Of a stretch of DNA of 64,000 bases, positions 1 to 9,883 are shown one piece after another. Positions within the stretch are counted from its first letter, which is position 1, and the number at the start of each line of letters is the position of its first letter. The translations under genes and the position numbers were made by a program. The notes under the pieces are model-generated. The model did not search any database and was not told the DNA's origin. It worked only from the letters and a program-made list of their open reading frames with translations. The DNA is from Polyangiaceae bacterium (GTDB taxonomy: Bacteria > Myxococcota_A > Polyangia > Polyangiales > Polyangiaceae): contig JBILLK010000005.1 of assembly GCA_044376115.1 (NCBI GenBank), forward strand, positions 32,001 to 96,000, in the 5' to 3' direction.

Positions 1-768
1 TTGCGTCGCGGCGTCGCGGCCGGAGTTATTCTCGACGGCGATGATCAGCCCACCGGCTGCGAGTTCGTCCTGACCGATCTCGACGGCGAGTCGGTCGCTA
101 CGCTCGCGGGGGGCCAAGGCATTCACAAGGGCGCATTGCGCGAGTGGCCGCGCATCACGTCGACGGTCGGTCGCTTTGCCGTTTCGATCGTCGTGCGCAG
201 TGAAGGCTTGCCCACGCCGCTCGGGCGGGGCGCGCTTTTGTTCGTGGATCCCAACCTCTACCCACGTGGCTTTCCGCAGGTGTTGCACCTATCGCGCACC
301 TCGAGGGCGAGCGGTATCTCAGTCTTGGTCGGGGAGATCATGTTGCCGGATCACGGGCCGCTCGGCCTCCCCGATGCTCGCCGCTTCGTGCTCGAGTCGG
401 TGCTGCGCGAGTTCCCATTCTTGGACCGCCATCTGTTGATGGTGGACTCGGTCAATGACGGTCTTCCCGCCTGGAGCTTCGAGCGTGGAGCGATGCGCGA
501 GGTCCACCGGCGCGACGTCGCGCTCCCGCAAATCGAGCCAATGGTGCGTCAACTCGAGGTGGACCCTCCGGGCTATCTCGGCTTCGGCGGCGAACCGATT
601 CGTGGCCCGATCGAGCGTACGCTGCTCTTGGGTCGCAGCGTGCTGCCCGGACTTGGGCAGGAGGGCGAGCTGCTCGCGGCCTGGGGGGCTGCTCGTTTGG
701 TAACCCGCTCGGATCGCCGCAAGGCGCTGATGCGAAGGGATACCTGGACCAAAATGGAGATCGGCTAG
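1..768 (+). CDS. C-terminal part of an FAD-dependent oxidoreductase (phytoene dehydrogenase-like), 5' end outside window
   Basis: Frame open from base 1. C-terminal 'LLLGRSVLPGLGQEGELLAAWGAA' resembles the terminal FAD-binding segment of this family. Confidence 0.55.
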   Translation: MRRGVAAGVILDGDDQPTGCEFVLTDLDGESVATLAGGQGIHKGALREWPRITSTVGRFAVSIVVRSEGLPTPLGRGALLFVDPNLYPRGFPQVLHLSRTSRASGISVLVGEIMLPDHGPLGLPDARRFVLESVLREFPFLDRHLLMVDSVNDGLPAWSFERGAMREVHRRDVALPQIEPMVRQLEVDPPGYLGFGGEPIRGPIERTLLLGRSVLPGLGQEGELLAAWGAARLVTRSDRRKALMRRDTWTKMEIG

Positions 769-833
769 GTGAACAGTGCGTGCCTTGATCTGCTGGTTGC
801 CCGCGAACCGCTCGGCGCATTATGGTTGTAGCG

Positions 834-1985
834 ATGCGCGAACTTCGTACAGCGGCCTTCATCGCTACCTCCGCGATCCTCTTCGCTGTGCCCGGCTTGG
901 CCTCGGCGGCTGAGTGGCCGGTGGCGGTATTGACGGTGCAGACCGACGATGCCTTCGAGCATGCCGACTCGTTCTCGGCGTCGTTGCGTCGCGCCATCGA
1001 AGATGAGCCAGGCTGGCGCACGGCGCAGCTCGACAAGGACTACGCTCTCTTGGTGTTGGCCAGCACGCTTGAATGTGCGGATCCGCCCGACGCCGCTTGT
1101 GAGGAGAAGATCGCGAAAGAGCTCAAGGTCGAGCGCTTCGTCTGGGGCCAAATGAAGCTCGACGGCACAGACGTGAGCGGCGCTCTTCACTACTGGGTTA
1201 GCGGGGAACCGTCGAAGGTCGTGCCCTTTCGCTATTCAGCGAACTTGAAGACCTCCGGGGATGACACCCTGGTGGAGATCGCGAAGAAGACCTTCCAAAA
1301 TCTGGTGGGCGGCGTGCCGCCCGCGACGCTCGAGCTGACTGTCGGTACCCTGGATGCAACGGTGATCGCCAACGGTCAGGAAGTTGGAAAGCTGAAGGGC
1401 GGAAAAGGCTCGGTGCAAGTGCCTGCCGGGTCGGTCAAGTTGACCATCCGCGCCGCTGGCCACAACGACAATGAGTCGACGCTCAAGTTGGAGCCACGTG
1501 AGAAGCGTGAGCTTAGCTTCACGCTCACGCCGCGTGGAGCCGAGGCCAATGTGCAGGCCATCCTGGGCGGTACGGCCTTGGGTCTGGGGGCGGTCGCTGC
1601 GGGCTTGGCCACCTGGGGCGGTATCCGAGCGCTCGGTCTCAAGGGGGATGAAGGTGAAACCGCGCGTGCACAAATTCAGCTCGCGCCGGAAGGCTCTGAA
1701 GAGGGCTTCAACGGCTGTGAGACCAGCGGCGGTCAATACATCCACCTCAAGGGCGGCGGGGATGAGGAGCTGCTGCGGTCCTTCTGCGAGGACGTCTCGC
1801 TTGCAGAGACGCTGCAAGTCGCGCTCTGGCCAACTGCGGCGGTGCTCGGCGGTCTTGGCATCGTGCTGCTCGCTACGGCCGACTACGGTGACGCCGAGGC
1901 GGCGGTCGCGTCCTTGCCGTTCACCATCCTGCCCTCGGTGAGTGACAGCGGTGTCTTCGTCTCGCTACAAGGGCGGCTCGATTAG
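834..1985 (+). CDS. Secreted/outer-membrane PEGA-like domain protein
   Basis: Signal peptide (MRELRTAAFIATSAILFAVPGLASA), central PEGA-like beta segment, Gly-rich hydrophobic segments, C-terminal 'VFVSLQGRL' beta strand. Start 822 or 834. Confidence 0.65.
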   Translation: MRELRTAAFIATSAILFAVPGLASAAEWPVAVLTVQTDDAFEHADSFSASLRRAIEDEPGWRTAQLDKDYALLVLASTLECADPPDAACEEKIAKELKVERFVWGQMKLDGTDVSGALHYWVSGEPSKVVPFRYSANLKTSGDDTLVEIAKKTFQNLVGGVPPATLELTVGTLDATVIANGQEVGKLKGGKGSVQVPAGSVKLTIRAAGHNDNESTLKLEPREKRELSFTLTPRGAEANVQAILGGTALGLGAVAAGLATWGGIRALGLKGDEGETARAQIQLAPEGSEEGFNGCETSGGQYIHLKGGGDEELLRSFCEDVSLAETLQVALWPTAAVLGGLGIVLLATADYGDAEAAVASLPFTILPSVSDSGVFVSLQGRLD

Positions 1986-2263
1986 TGTGCCTGCGCTACG
2001 CCAAGCGCACATCGCTTTCACCACACAATTTGGCGGCCCATAGGCAGCGTCACTCTCGAGTGACGGGCTATTGGTTGCCTCGAGCGTCGCCTGAAGCAGG
2101 GCGGCCGAGGTCGCGTCCAGCTGCTTCGCTGCGCGCTGAAGCCATCGTGATGACTGGCGTGCCGTCTCGAGCAGTCGCGCGCACTCTACCGGCGAGCTGA
2201 GGAACCCATCGGTTCGCGCCGTCGGGCTCCGCGTCTTTGGCGGTCTGCTTCACGTTGCCTCCG

Positions 2264-4237
2264 TCAGCGCTTGAGCGCCGATGCACAGCGGAAGCCTATC
2301 GTCGGCCGCGCTTCGCTCGGAGTAACGGCCTCGCGGTGAGCGGCGCTCAAGGGAGGTTTGCCTCCCGACGTCAGCAGCAGGCCGCCGAAGCTCCCTCCAC
2401 GAACCACGCGCTTGTCGCCTGTGGAAGGGCCTTTGGGGTTGAGCTTCTCTTCCTCCGTGTAGCTCGCGAAGAAGTCCGCTTGCCACTCGGCCACGTTGCC
2501 GATCAGGTCGTGCACGCCCTCGCGGGAGACTCCGCTGGGAAAGGAACCAATCGGAGCTGTGTCGGCAAAACCATCGGTGCCATCGAGATTGGCGCGGCTC
2601 ACGTCGGCTTCATCGCCCCACGGAAGTTGGCTCCCACGGGTGGCTGCATGCTCAAACTCGGCCTCGCTCGGCAGCCGCCCACCGCGCCAGGCGCAAAACG
2701 TGTTGGCTTCCTCCCAGGTGACGCAGTTCATCGGCTGATTGGCCGCCGCCTCGAAGTTGCAACGACCGGGCGGTGGCGCGCTTTTGAGCTTGGGGGCTTG
2801 GCAGCCGGAAGCGGCCACACACTCACGGTAACGCTCGACCGAGATTTCATGGCGATCGAGGCAGTGGGCATCGACGTTGACGCGATGGCTCGGAGCTGCG
2901 CCGCGCACCCCGGGCGCATCCGAGCCCATGGTGAAGCTTCCGCCGGGGATGAGGGCGGAGTCGGGCGGACACAGCGCTGGTGTCGTGAGCGGTGTCGATG
3001 CCGAGGCTCCAGCCGAAGCTGCGCTGGGCGCAGTGGTCGTGCTCGCCCCGCCACTGGGCGCGGGTTGTGGCGAACTCGCAGCGCCGGGCACCGTCTCACT
3101 CGACCGGCTCTTCTGAAACGCGCTGACCGCCACGATGCTGAGCCCAATCACCACCGCTCCTGCGACCACCAGCGTGGCCACGGGCAGCTTCTTGGCGTCG
3201 TTTGCCGTCGCGCCGGCGGTGCCACTCGGTTTCGCCAACGCTGGGCTCGGCTGCTCCGAGGCGGCCGGGCGCACCGAGGCTGGGCGAACTGCGCCCTGCG
3301 GCAGCAACAACGTCGGTACCAGGTGTTGGAAGGCCGCCCCGCGCAAGGCCGACCAAAACTCCGACATGCTCTCGTAACGAAGATTCGACGGTACCGCGAG
3401 CGCTCGCTGAAAGACTGCTTCCACCGCAGCCGATACATCGAGCTTCAGGAAGTGAGGCGTTGGTCGTTGCTCTTCATCGCAGCTCTGTTTCGCGAGCTCC
3501 ATGTAGTCATCGCCTTGGAACGCACGCTGCCCGCCGCGCATCACCTCGAGCACCACCAGCGCCATCCCGAACACGTCGGTCCAGGGGCCGGTCTCACCAA
3601 ACGTTTTGCTGAATTGCTCGGGCGCGCCGTAGTGCGGTGTGAACGCGGTGGCCGAAGTTCCGGTGTGGTGAAGCCCCGCGAACTTGCGCTCCATCACTTT
3701 CGCGATGCCGAAGTCGAGCAGCTTGATCCGTTGCCCCGCGCCGTCCTCGACGACGAGCATGTTCTCCGGCTTGACGTCGCGATGAACCACGTTGCGCGTA
3801 TGCGCGAGGGAGAGCGCCTCGGCGACTGGCTCCAGCAGGTTGATCGCCTCGCCTAGGTTGCGCGGGGGTTTACCGGCGTTGGTCTCCCCGACCAGCACCT
3901 CATCCAGCGATCGTCCAGGCAACCACTCGAGCACAAGATAGGGAATGGGCGGCCCGCTCTCGCGAAATACGCCGAAATCGCGCGCTTGGACGATCGCGCT
4001 CGTGCGCGCCGAGAGCTCCGAAATCAGCCGGCCTTCCTGCAGGAAGTCAGCAAGGATTGCATCGTGCAGCGCGCTGTCTTCATTGCACAGCGTGTAAAGA
4101 AACTTGAGCGCGACAGGGCCCACCTGCAAATGTTCGGCGCGGTAGACGAAGGCCGAGCCTCCTTCGCCAACGAGCGCCTCTACCCGGTAACGATTCTCCA
4201 GCACCTTGCCTATGAGATTGAGGGGATCGCGCGTCAT
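2264..4237 (-). CDS. Ser/Thr protein kinase fused to a C-terminal FGE-sulfatase (SUMF1-like) domain
   Basis: GEGG, VALK, HRDVKPEN, DFG and APE motifs; TM helix; then FTMGS, RLPSEAEFE, DLIGNVAEW, RGGSF, IGFRC. Start placed at MTRDPL, 2 nt from the upstream stop. Confidence 0.9.
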   Translation of the reverse strand: MTRDPLNLIGKVLENRYRVEALVGEGGSAFVYRAEHLQVGPVALKFLYTLCNEDSALHDAILADFLQEGRLISELSARTSAIVQARDFGVFRESGPPIPYLVLEWLPGRSLDEVLVGETNAGKPPRNLGEAINLLEPVAEALSLAHTRNVVHRDVKPENMLVVEDGAGQRIKLLDFGIAKVMERKFAGLHHTGTSATAFTPHYGAPEQFSKTFGETGPWTDVFGMALVVLEVMRGGQRAFQGDDYMELAKQSCDEEQRPTPHFLKLDVSAAVEAVFQRALAVPSNLRYESMSEFWSALRGAAFQHLVPTLLLPQGAVRPASVRPAASEQPSPALAKPSGTAGATANDAKKLPVATLVVAGAVVIGLSIVAVSAFQKSRSSETVPGAASSPQPAPSGGASTTTAPSAASAGASASTPLTTPALCPPDSALIPGGSFTMGSDAPGVRGAAPSHRVNVDAHCLDRHEISVERYRECVAASGCQAPKLKSAPPPGRCNFEAAANQPMNCVTWEEANTFCAWRGGRLPSEAEFEHAATRGSQLPWGDEADVSRANLDGTDGFADTAPIGSFPSGVSREGVHDLIGNVAEWQADFFASYTEEEKLNPKGPSTGDKRVVRGGSFGGLLLTSGGKPPLSAAHREAVTPSEARPTIGFRCASALKR

Positions 4238-4238
4238 T

Positions 4239-7200
4239 TCACTCCCAATTCTCTTTGAAGAACCCAGCATCCATGACTTTGCGTTCGGCCAGCAGAAGGT
4301 CTCCTCGCCTTTGCGCAACGGCGTCGTCGTAGATGACGAAGTCTGGAAGCAGTCGCGGAAGAAAGCGTGCGTTGAGGGTAGCGTGCGAGCTCAAGCCGGC
4401 GTGCACGATGATGTAGCCGGTTTCTCGAAATCCGCGAGGCACTATGGAGACCTCGTCAAAATGCTTCGGAGCCGGGTAGATGAACGACAGCCCAGTGTGT
4501 GGTTGGCTGTAGCGCACTCCTCGAAAAACGATGGCGTCAGGTTCGAACTTGGCGGGCAAAAATTCGGCGATTCGTTTGGTCACCGCATTTTGTTGCGGCC
4601 CTCCCAGCAAGACCACGCTGGAGTTAGCGAGCGTCCCCATGCTCACGTTCACATCGTCGATCACCGGGTAGTCGACGTCCGCAGCCCCGCCCAGCTTCGC
4701 CAGGTGCGCAGCTGCCAAGCGGTGGGACTCGGTGTGCGCCGGATCGAGCGTGCCCACCACGAACAAGAGCGGCTCGTGAAAGGCGTCGTCCATCGGGCCC
4801 GACTGTCGGTGCCGCTTGCGGAGCGGCTGCGCGGCTTGGCCCTTGACCGTGAACTCGCCGCTTTCGTCGCGAATGAGCGCGACGCTGGCCGAGGTCTCTC
4901 GCTCGAAGCGCTGCGAACCCACCACCACCGTCGCCTGCGCACCGAGCAGCGGCGCGATGCTCGGAAGGTCGATCTCGAAAGCGAAAACGTTGCTCGCGGT
5001 AACCTCCACCGTGTGCGTCTCTGCATCGACGCTCGCCGTCAGCTCTGCGGGCTCACTGGACGACGAGTCGAGCATGGCGAGGAGCTTCAGCCAGTGGGCG
5101 CGGTCATAGCGAAGCTTGCCGGTGGTAAGCCGCACCTTGGCGGGCTGCTCGGGGACCGACTGGCGCTTGAGCCAGTTGACCATCTTCCCGTCTTCGTAGG
5201 CGTAGTCCCAAACGTTGTGCTCGAGGTCCTCCTGAATGTCGAAGGTGTACTTGTAGCCGAGCTGCTTGTAGCGATCGGCCACGACCTTGGAGCGGCCGGG
5301 TGCATCTTTGCCGCCGTGGACGATGTTGAGCGGCACGTGGAGGCCATTCTCCGCGTAGCGAACGAGGTACTCCTTCTGTAGCAGCGTCTCTTCCCAAGGC
5401 AGGTGCGGGACCTTCGCGACGCTGTTGTAGTCGAGCAAGTTCGGATAACCGCAAAGCGGCGCCGCAGCCGAAAAACGCCCTGGAAAGTGAAGCGGGAGCG
5501 CGAAGCTCACCGTGCCTCCAAGCGAGTAGCCGGTCAGCGATATCCGTCGCGGATCGATCGGGTAGCTCGCTTGCAGCTCCTCGATCACCTGCAGCAGGTC
5601 TTGTTCCGACACTGCGTGCGTTCCGCCGTTGCCAAAGCCCCAGGGAGCGGCCAGCACGGCGCCCTGATCCGGGAACGCGGGCAGGTGATGTGCAGCGTAC
5701 GAAAGCGTCACCTTCTCGTCCGCCGCCTCACCGACCAACGTGCGCAAGGCGTGTTCGGGTAAGCGATCACGACCATGGGCGACGAGTACCAGAGGCAGCT
5801 TTTTACCTGCCGCTGCGAGCTTGTCCAAGCTGGGCGGAATGAAGGCGACGTAGGGTTGCAACTTGCCGTCGATCTTGGAGTAGAGGCCGCGTGCTACCAC
5901 TCCGCGTTTGGTCGCGTACGGGTCTTGCCCAGCCGAGAAGGCCTCAGCAAGTTGCTCCGCCTGCGTCAGCAGTCCGTCGACCCATGCGTGATCGGCCTCG
6001 TTGCGCAGCAGCGCCTGTTCAAGCTCGGTTACTACGCGCTCGAAGCTCGCACGTGAGCCGCTCGCAACGTTGGTTTGCGCCAGCACCTTGTCGAGCACCG
6101 TTCGCAGCGCGAGCACACGGATAAGCACGCCCTGTAGTTGCGGAAAACGAGCATTGAGGACCTTGCGGTCCTCGAAGTCCACCGAGAGGTACGCCCCTTG
6201 TTTGCTGGCAAAGGTGAGCTGCTCGCTCACCGCAAAGGAAGACGAAACCAGGTCTTGGGCTGGAAGACTTTTTCCCGTCCAAGGTGAATCATCGCCGACG
6301 CGCACCGAGAGGGCGGAGTTCGGGTTGATCACCGGCACGAGCCCCAGGAAACGCGGGGTGGCCTCGAATCGTGGGCCTTTCGGCGAGAGGCTCATCCGCG
6401 GTGAGAAACTCAACAGCGGCCCGGTTTTGCAGGCTGCCTGAGGGAACGGCTCGAAGGCCGCCAAGCCGGGTGCTGGTAGGCCCTCCGGAGTACGCAGCCG
6501 CAGGAAGAACCCAGCGTTATCGGGCTTGAGCGTCGCGACGATGGGCGTCACCCCCTTGGGCAAAGTGATCGTGGCGAAGCGCTCGTCCGGGAGCGCGCGC
6601 TCCCCGAGGTTGTGCGCTGGCTCGAACACCAAGGCCGCGTCGCCGATTTGCAGGGTCAGTCGACCGGACGTGCCAACGCGAACTTCCAGCGTCTGCTCGC
6701 GATCGGAGACCAACGTGGTCGCGAGCACCGCCGCGTGCGCCGATTCACCTCGGTTGCTCTGCGGCCTTACGTAGCCGTCGTCGGAACAGACCGGCTTGAC
6801 GGTGGCGCCGGTAAGTTCCCCTAGGGCACCGGTCTGCGCGACGGCATCGACCTGTTTCGCACCAAGCCCGGTCCACCCCGACCAGGCGTTGATCCACGAA
6901 GGCGCCATCCGCAGGCGCTCGCGTGGCACTGACTTCGGCACGTTTTCACAGCTAGCGCCGAAACACGCTGTCCCTTCGGGACAGACCTCGTGCGAGTTCG
7001 AGAATTGCGATGCGTTCACGCACACCGGTGGCGGGGCGACGGCGGTTGGCCAACGCCGCGGTTGTGCCGCTACTGAGCTTGCGGCTAGAGACGGCTGGGG
7101 CCCAGCGGCGCTCGGCTGCGACCCATCCCCACACGCCGCAACCAACAGCAATGCGGACACCCTGCAAAAAACCTGATAGCGAATGGGGCACTCTAATGCG

Positions 7201-7253
7201 GCACGCCCCAAGGAAGGAACATCGTCGTGGCTGACTCGAGCCCCCCGGAGCAA
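4239..7253 (-). CDS. Large exported alpha/beta-hydrolase (esterase/peptidase-like), probable lipoprotein
   Basis: PLVLVAHG, nucleophile elbow GYSLGG, IVHGGKD, 'LEHNVW'; lipobox-like LLVAAC. The true start is probably downstream of 7253 because the ORF overlaps the divergent gene. Confidence 0.75.
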   Translation of the reverse strand: MLRGARVSHDDVPSLGRAALECPIRYQVFCRVSALLLVAACGDGSQPSAAGPQPSLAASSVAAQPRRWPTAVAPPPVCVNASQFSNSHEVCPEGTACFGASCENVPKSVPRERLRMAPSWINAWSGWTGLGAKQVDAVAQTGALGELTGATVKPVCSDDGYVRPQSNRGESAHAAVLATTLVSDREQTLEVRVGTSGRLTLQIGDAALVFEPAHNLGERALPDERFATITLPKGVTPIVATLKPDNAGFFLRLRTPEGLPAPGLAAFEPFPQAACKTGPLLSFSPRMSLSPKGPRFEATPRFLGLVPVINPNSALSVRVGDDSPWTGKSLPAQDLVSSSFAVSEQLTFASKQGAYLSVDFEDRKVLNARFPQLQGVLIRVLALRTVLDKVLAQTNVASGSRASFERVVTELEQALLRNEADHAWVDGLLTQAEQLAEAFSAGQDPYATKRGVVARGLYSKIDGKLQPYVAFIPPSLDKLAAAGKKLPLVLVAHGRDRLPEHALRTLVGEAADEKVTLSYAAHHLPAFPDQGAVLAAPWGFGNGGTHAVSEQDLLQVIEELQASYPIDPRRISLTGYSLGGTVSFALPLHFPGRFSAAAPLCGYPNLLDYNSVAKVPHLPWEETLLQKEYLVRYAENGLHVPLNIVHGGKDAPGRSKVVADRYKQLGYKYTFDIQEDLEHNVWDYAYEDGKMVNWLKRQSVPEQPAKVRLTTGKLRYDRAHWLKLLAMLDSSSSEPAELTASVDAETHTVEVTASNVFAFEIDLPSIAPLLGAQATVVVGSQRFERETSASVALIRDESGEFTVKGQAAQPLRKRHRQSGPMDDAFHEPLLFVVGTLDPAHTESHRLAAAHLAKLGGAADVDYPVIDDVNVSMGTLANSSVVLLGGPQQNAVTKRIAEFLPAKFEPDAIVFRGVRYSQPHTGLSFIYPAPKHFDEVSIVPRGFRETGYIIVHAGLSSHATLNARFLPRLLPDFVIYDDAVAQRRGDLLLAERKVMDAGFFKENWE

Positions 7254-7829
7254 AAATCAGGAGCCGGCATTTACATCATCGGTGCTGTGCTGCTCGCGGG
7301 CGGCGCCGGTGCGATCGTCTTCCTCACGGGTGGCGACAAGCCGAAGGAGGCGCCCACCAGCCAGCCTGCTCCGCCTCCCCCGCCGCCACCACCTCCGCCT
7401 CCCCCGCCGCCACCACCTCCCCCGCCGCCTACGGCCACTGAAACGGCCTCGGCCAGCGCCACTCCCGAAGCCTCGGCTAGCGCCGCGCCCAAGACGGCTG
7501 GCAGCGGCGGTGGCTCCTGCTCCAAGTGCAACGAGGGTGTCAGCAACGGCGCGTTGAACAGCGCTTTGCAGGGTGCAGGCGGTTCGGCTCGCGGTTGCTA
7601 CAACCGTGCGCTGCAGAAGAACGCTGGCGCCTCTGGCAAGATCAACGTGGCCGTGCAGGTTGGCGCCTCCGGCGAGGTTTGCAGCGCCGCCATCACCACC
7701 GACACGGTGGGTAGCCCCGACGTATCGCGCTGCGTGCTCTCGCGCTTTCAGGGCAAGAGCTTCCCCAAGCCGGACAAGGGCTGCGTGACGGTGAACATAC
7801 CGCTCAACTTCACGGTGAAGGACCAATAG
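7227..7829 (+). CDS. Membrane-anchored AgmX/PglI C-terminal (TonB-C-like) domain protein
   Basis: RBS AAGGAAGGA before GTG; TM helix; polyproline linker; 'ARGCYNRAL...GKINVAVQVGASG...CV...FP...VNIPLNF' pattern. Confidence 0.8.
   Translation: MADSSPPEQKSGAGIYIIGAVLLAGGAGAIVFLTGGDKPKEAPTSQPAPPPPPPPPPPPPPPPPPPPPTATETASASATPEASASAAPKTAGSGGGSCSKCNEGVSNGALNSALQGAGGSARGCYNRALQKNAGASGKINVAVQVGASGEVCSAAITTDTVGSPDVSRCVLSRFQGKSFPKPDKGCVTVNIPLNFTVKDQ
7371..7430 (+). repeat. Run of 20 proline codons containing a 24-bp tandem duplication
   Basis: ccgcctcccccgccgccaccacct twice, plus a partial copy. Confidence 0.9.
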
Positions 7830-7832
7830 CCC

Positions 7833-8600
7833 TTGGGGGTGTTGCTAAGCGTCGCGTACGACGGCCGCCCCTATCACGGATTCGTGGAGCAACCCGGTCA
7901 AAGCACGGTGGCCGGGGAGTTGCTTACCGCCTTGCGGCAGATCGATCCGACGATCGCTCGGCTCGATGCAACGAGCCGGACGGACCGCGGGGTACACGCG
8001 CGCGATCAACGTGTGGCGTTCGTGCCGGCTCGCCCTTTGGCGCTGACGGCCTGGACGCACGGCGCGCAAAAGCATCTACCGAATTCGATTTCGATCCGGC
8101 GCGCCTGGGAGGTGGCGGACGACTTCTTCCCGCGCGGGCACGTGGTGTCGAAGACCTATCGCTACACGCTGCTCTTCGACGAAGTGCGCGATCCTTTTTG
8201 TGACGGCTTCGTTTGGCGCCTAACGGCGGGCTCGCGTGATGAAGCCTGCCGCGTGATGGCGGAGGAGGCGCAAGCGTTGGTTGGCACGCACGACTTTTCC
8301 GCGTTCCGCGGCGCTCAAGACGAGCGTGAGTCCGCTGTGCGGACCTTGCTCTTTTGCAACGTCAGTCCCTCTCCCCACGATCCGCGGGTCGCCTGGGTGG
8401 ACGTGTGCGGAACCGGGTTTCTGTACCATATGGTTCGAATCATCGTTGGCACGCTGGTGGACGTGGCTCGTGGTCGGCGCAAGCCCGGCACCGTGCAGCG
8501 AGCGCTCGTGAGTGGAGACCGCCGTGAAGGCGGAATCACCGCTCCCCCCGACGGCCTCTGCTTGCAGAGCTACGACCTCTCGGGAATCGACTCTCCCTAG
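7833..8600 (+). CDS. truA: tRNA pseudouridine(38-40) synthase
   Basis: AYDG, SRTDRGVHA, GTHDFSAFR, GFLYHMVRIIVG, TAPPDGL. Confidence 0.95.
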   Translation: MGVLLSVAYDGRPYHGFVEQPGQSTVAGELLTALRQIDPTIARLDATSRTDRGVHARDQRVAFVPARPLALTAWTHGAQKHLPNSISIRRAWEVADDFFPRGHVVSKTYRYTLLFDEVRDPFCDGFVWRLTAGSRDEACRVMAEEAQALVGTHDFSAFRGAQDERESAVRTLLFCNVSPSPHDPRVAWVDVCGTGFLYHMVRIIVGTLVDVARGRRKPGTVQRALVSGDRREGGITAPPDGLCLQSYDLSGIDSP

Positions 8601-8662
8601 GTTTTCTGCGCTATTCGGCGGAAAGTTGCCCAACTCGCGCGTCGCTCCGTAAACGAGCGACC

Positions 8663-9862
8663 ATGTTGATCGGATTGGAGCAGCTTGGCCGCCTGCGTCG
8701 GCTCACCGCGGAGCTCGCCAGCAAACGCGTCGGGCTGCTTGCTCACCCCGCTAGCGTCGACCGAGGACTGCGCCATATCTCGGAGATCCTCCCCGAGCTA
8801 TCGATCCACCCGCGGGTGATCTTCGGGCCAGAGCACGGCTACGGTGGGGAGGCGCAAGACATGATCGGTGTAAGCGACGCCCGCTCGCCCGACGGCGTGC
8901 CGGTGATCAGCCTGTACGGCGATTCGCTCGAGGCGCTGAGTCCACAACCCGCGCAGCTGGCCGAACTCAACGTCTTGTTGATCGATCTCGCCGATGTCGG
9001 CAGCCGCTACTACACCTTCATTTGGACGGCCCTCCTGGCGGTGATCGCAGCGGCCAAAGCCGGCGTGGACACGGTGCTTTTGGATCGGCCCAACCCGCTT
9101 GGCGGTCTCCTCTCGCAGACCGAAGGCGCGCTGCAAGAGGACGGCTTTCTCTCCTTCGTCGGGCTGCGCAAAACGCCGGTGCGCCATGGGCTCACGGTGG
9201 GGGAGATCGTGATGCTCTTTGCGCAGGAGGCCGGAGTCGCCGAGCGTCTGCGCGTGGTGCCGCTGCGAGGCTGGGAGCGAGCGAGGCTGGCCAGCGGTTG
9301 GGATCGCCCGTTCGTGCTCACGTCACCCAACATGCCCACGCTGGAGACGGCACTCGTTTACCCCGGTGGCTGCCTGATCGAAGGCACGAATCTCTCCGAG
9401 GGCCGCGGTACCACGCGACCGTTCGAGATCGTCGGTGCTCCCTTCATCGATGGCCGTCGCCTCGCTCGAGAGCTCGCGGCAACCGGCCTGCCAGGGTTTG
9501 TGGCCCGGCCGATCTCCTTTCGTCCGACCTTCCAAAAGCACCAGGGCAAAGAGTGTGGCGGCGTGCAGATCCACGTGACCAACGCAGCCAGCTTCAGGCC
9601 CTACGCGACGTATCTCGCGCTGGTCGCGTTGGCCAAGCGGCAGGCCCCCAAGGAGTTCCGTTTTCGCACCGAACGCTACGAGTTCGTCGACGACATACCG
9701 GCCTTCGACTTGCTCACCGGCTCGAGCGTGTGCCGCGAGAAGATTCAGTCCGAGAGCGAAATCAGCGATCTCCTACACGACGCTTGCGTCGTTGATCCCA
9801 GCTGGAACCAGCGCATGGAGGACGCCCAACGCCTCGTTCAGGAGCGATCGATCCGGGAGTGA
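8663..9862 (+). CDS. DUF1343 / NamZ exo-beta-N-acetylmuramidase family protein
   Basis: FGPEHG, SLYG, DVGSRYYT, LDRPNP, RHGLTVGE, SPNMP, NLSEGRGTTRPFE. Confidence 0.9.
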   Translation: MLIGLEQLGRLRRLTAELASKRVGLLAHPASVDRGLRHISEILPELSIHPRVIFGPEHGYGGEAQDMIGVSDARSPDGVPVISLYGDSLEALSPQPAQLAELNVLLIDLADVGSRYYTFIWTALLAVIAAAKAGVDTVLLDRPNPLGGLLSQTEGALQEDGFLSFVGLRKTPVRHGLTVGEIVMLFAQEAGVAERLRVVPLRGWERARLASGWDRPFVLTSPNMPTLETALVYPGGCLIEGTNLSEGRGTTRPFEIVGAPFIDGRRLARELAATGLPGFVARPISFRPTFQKHQGKECGGVQIHVTNAASFRPYATYLALVALAKRQAPKEFRFRTERYEFVDDIPAFDLLTGSSVCREKIQSESEISDLLHDACVVDPSWNQRMEDAQRLVQERSIRE

Positions 9863-9883
9863 CGAGCGAGCCGACTCGCCGGC

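Noticed and set aside
2237..3856. 539-aa plus-strand ORF, and similar long antisense ORFs (4206-5381, 19208-20206)
   Set aside because: Shadow frames opposite well-supported genes, expected in GC-rich coding DNA; no motifs.
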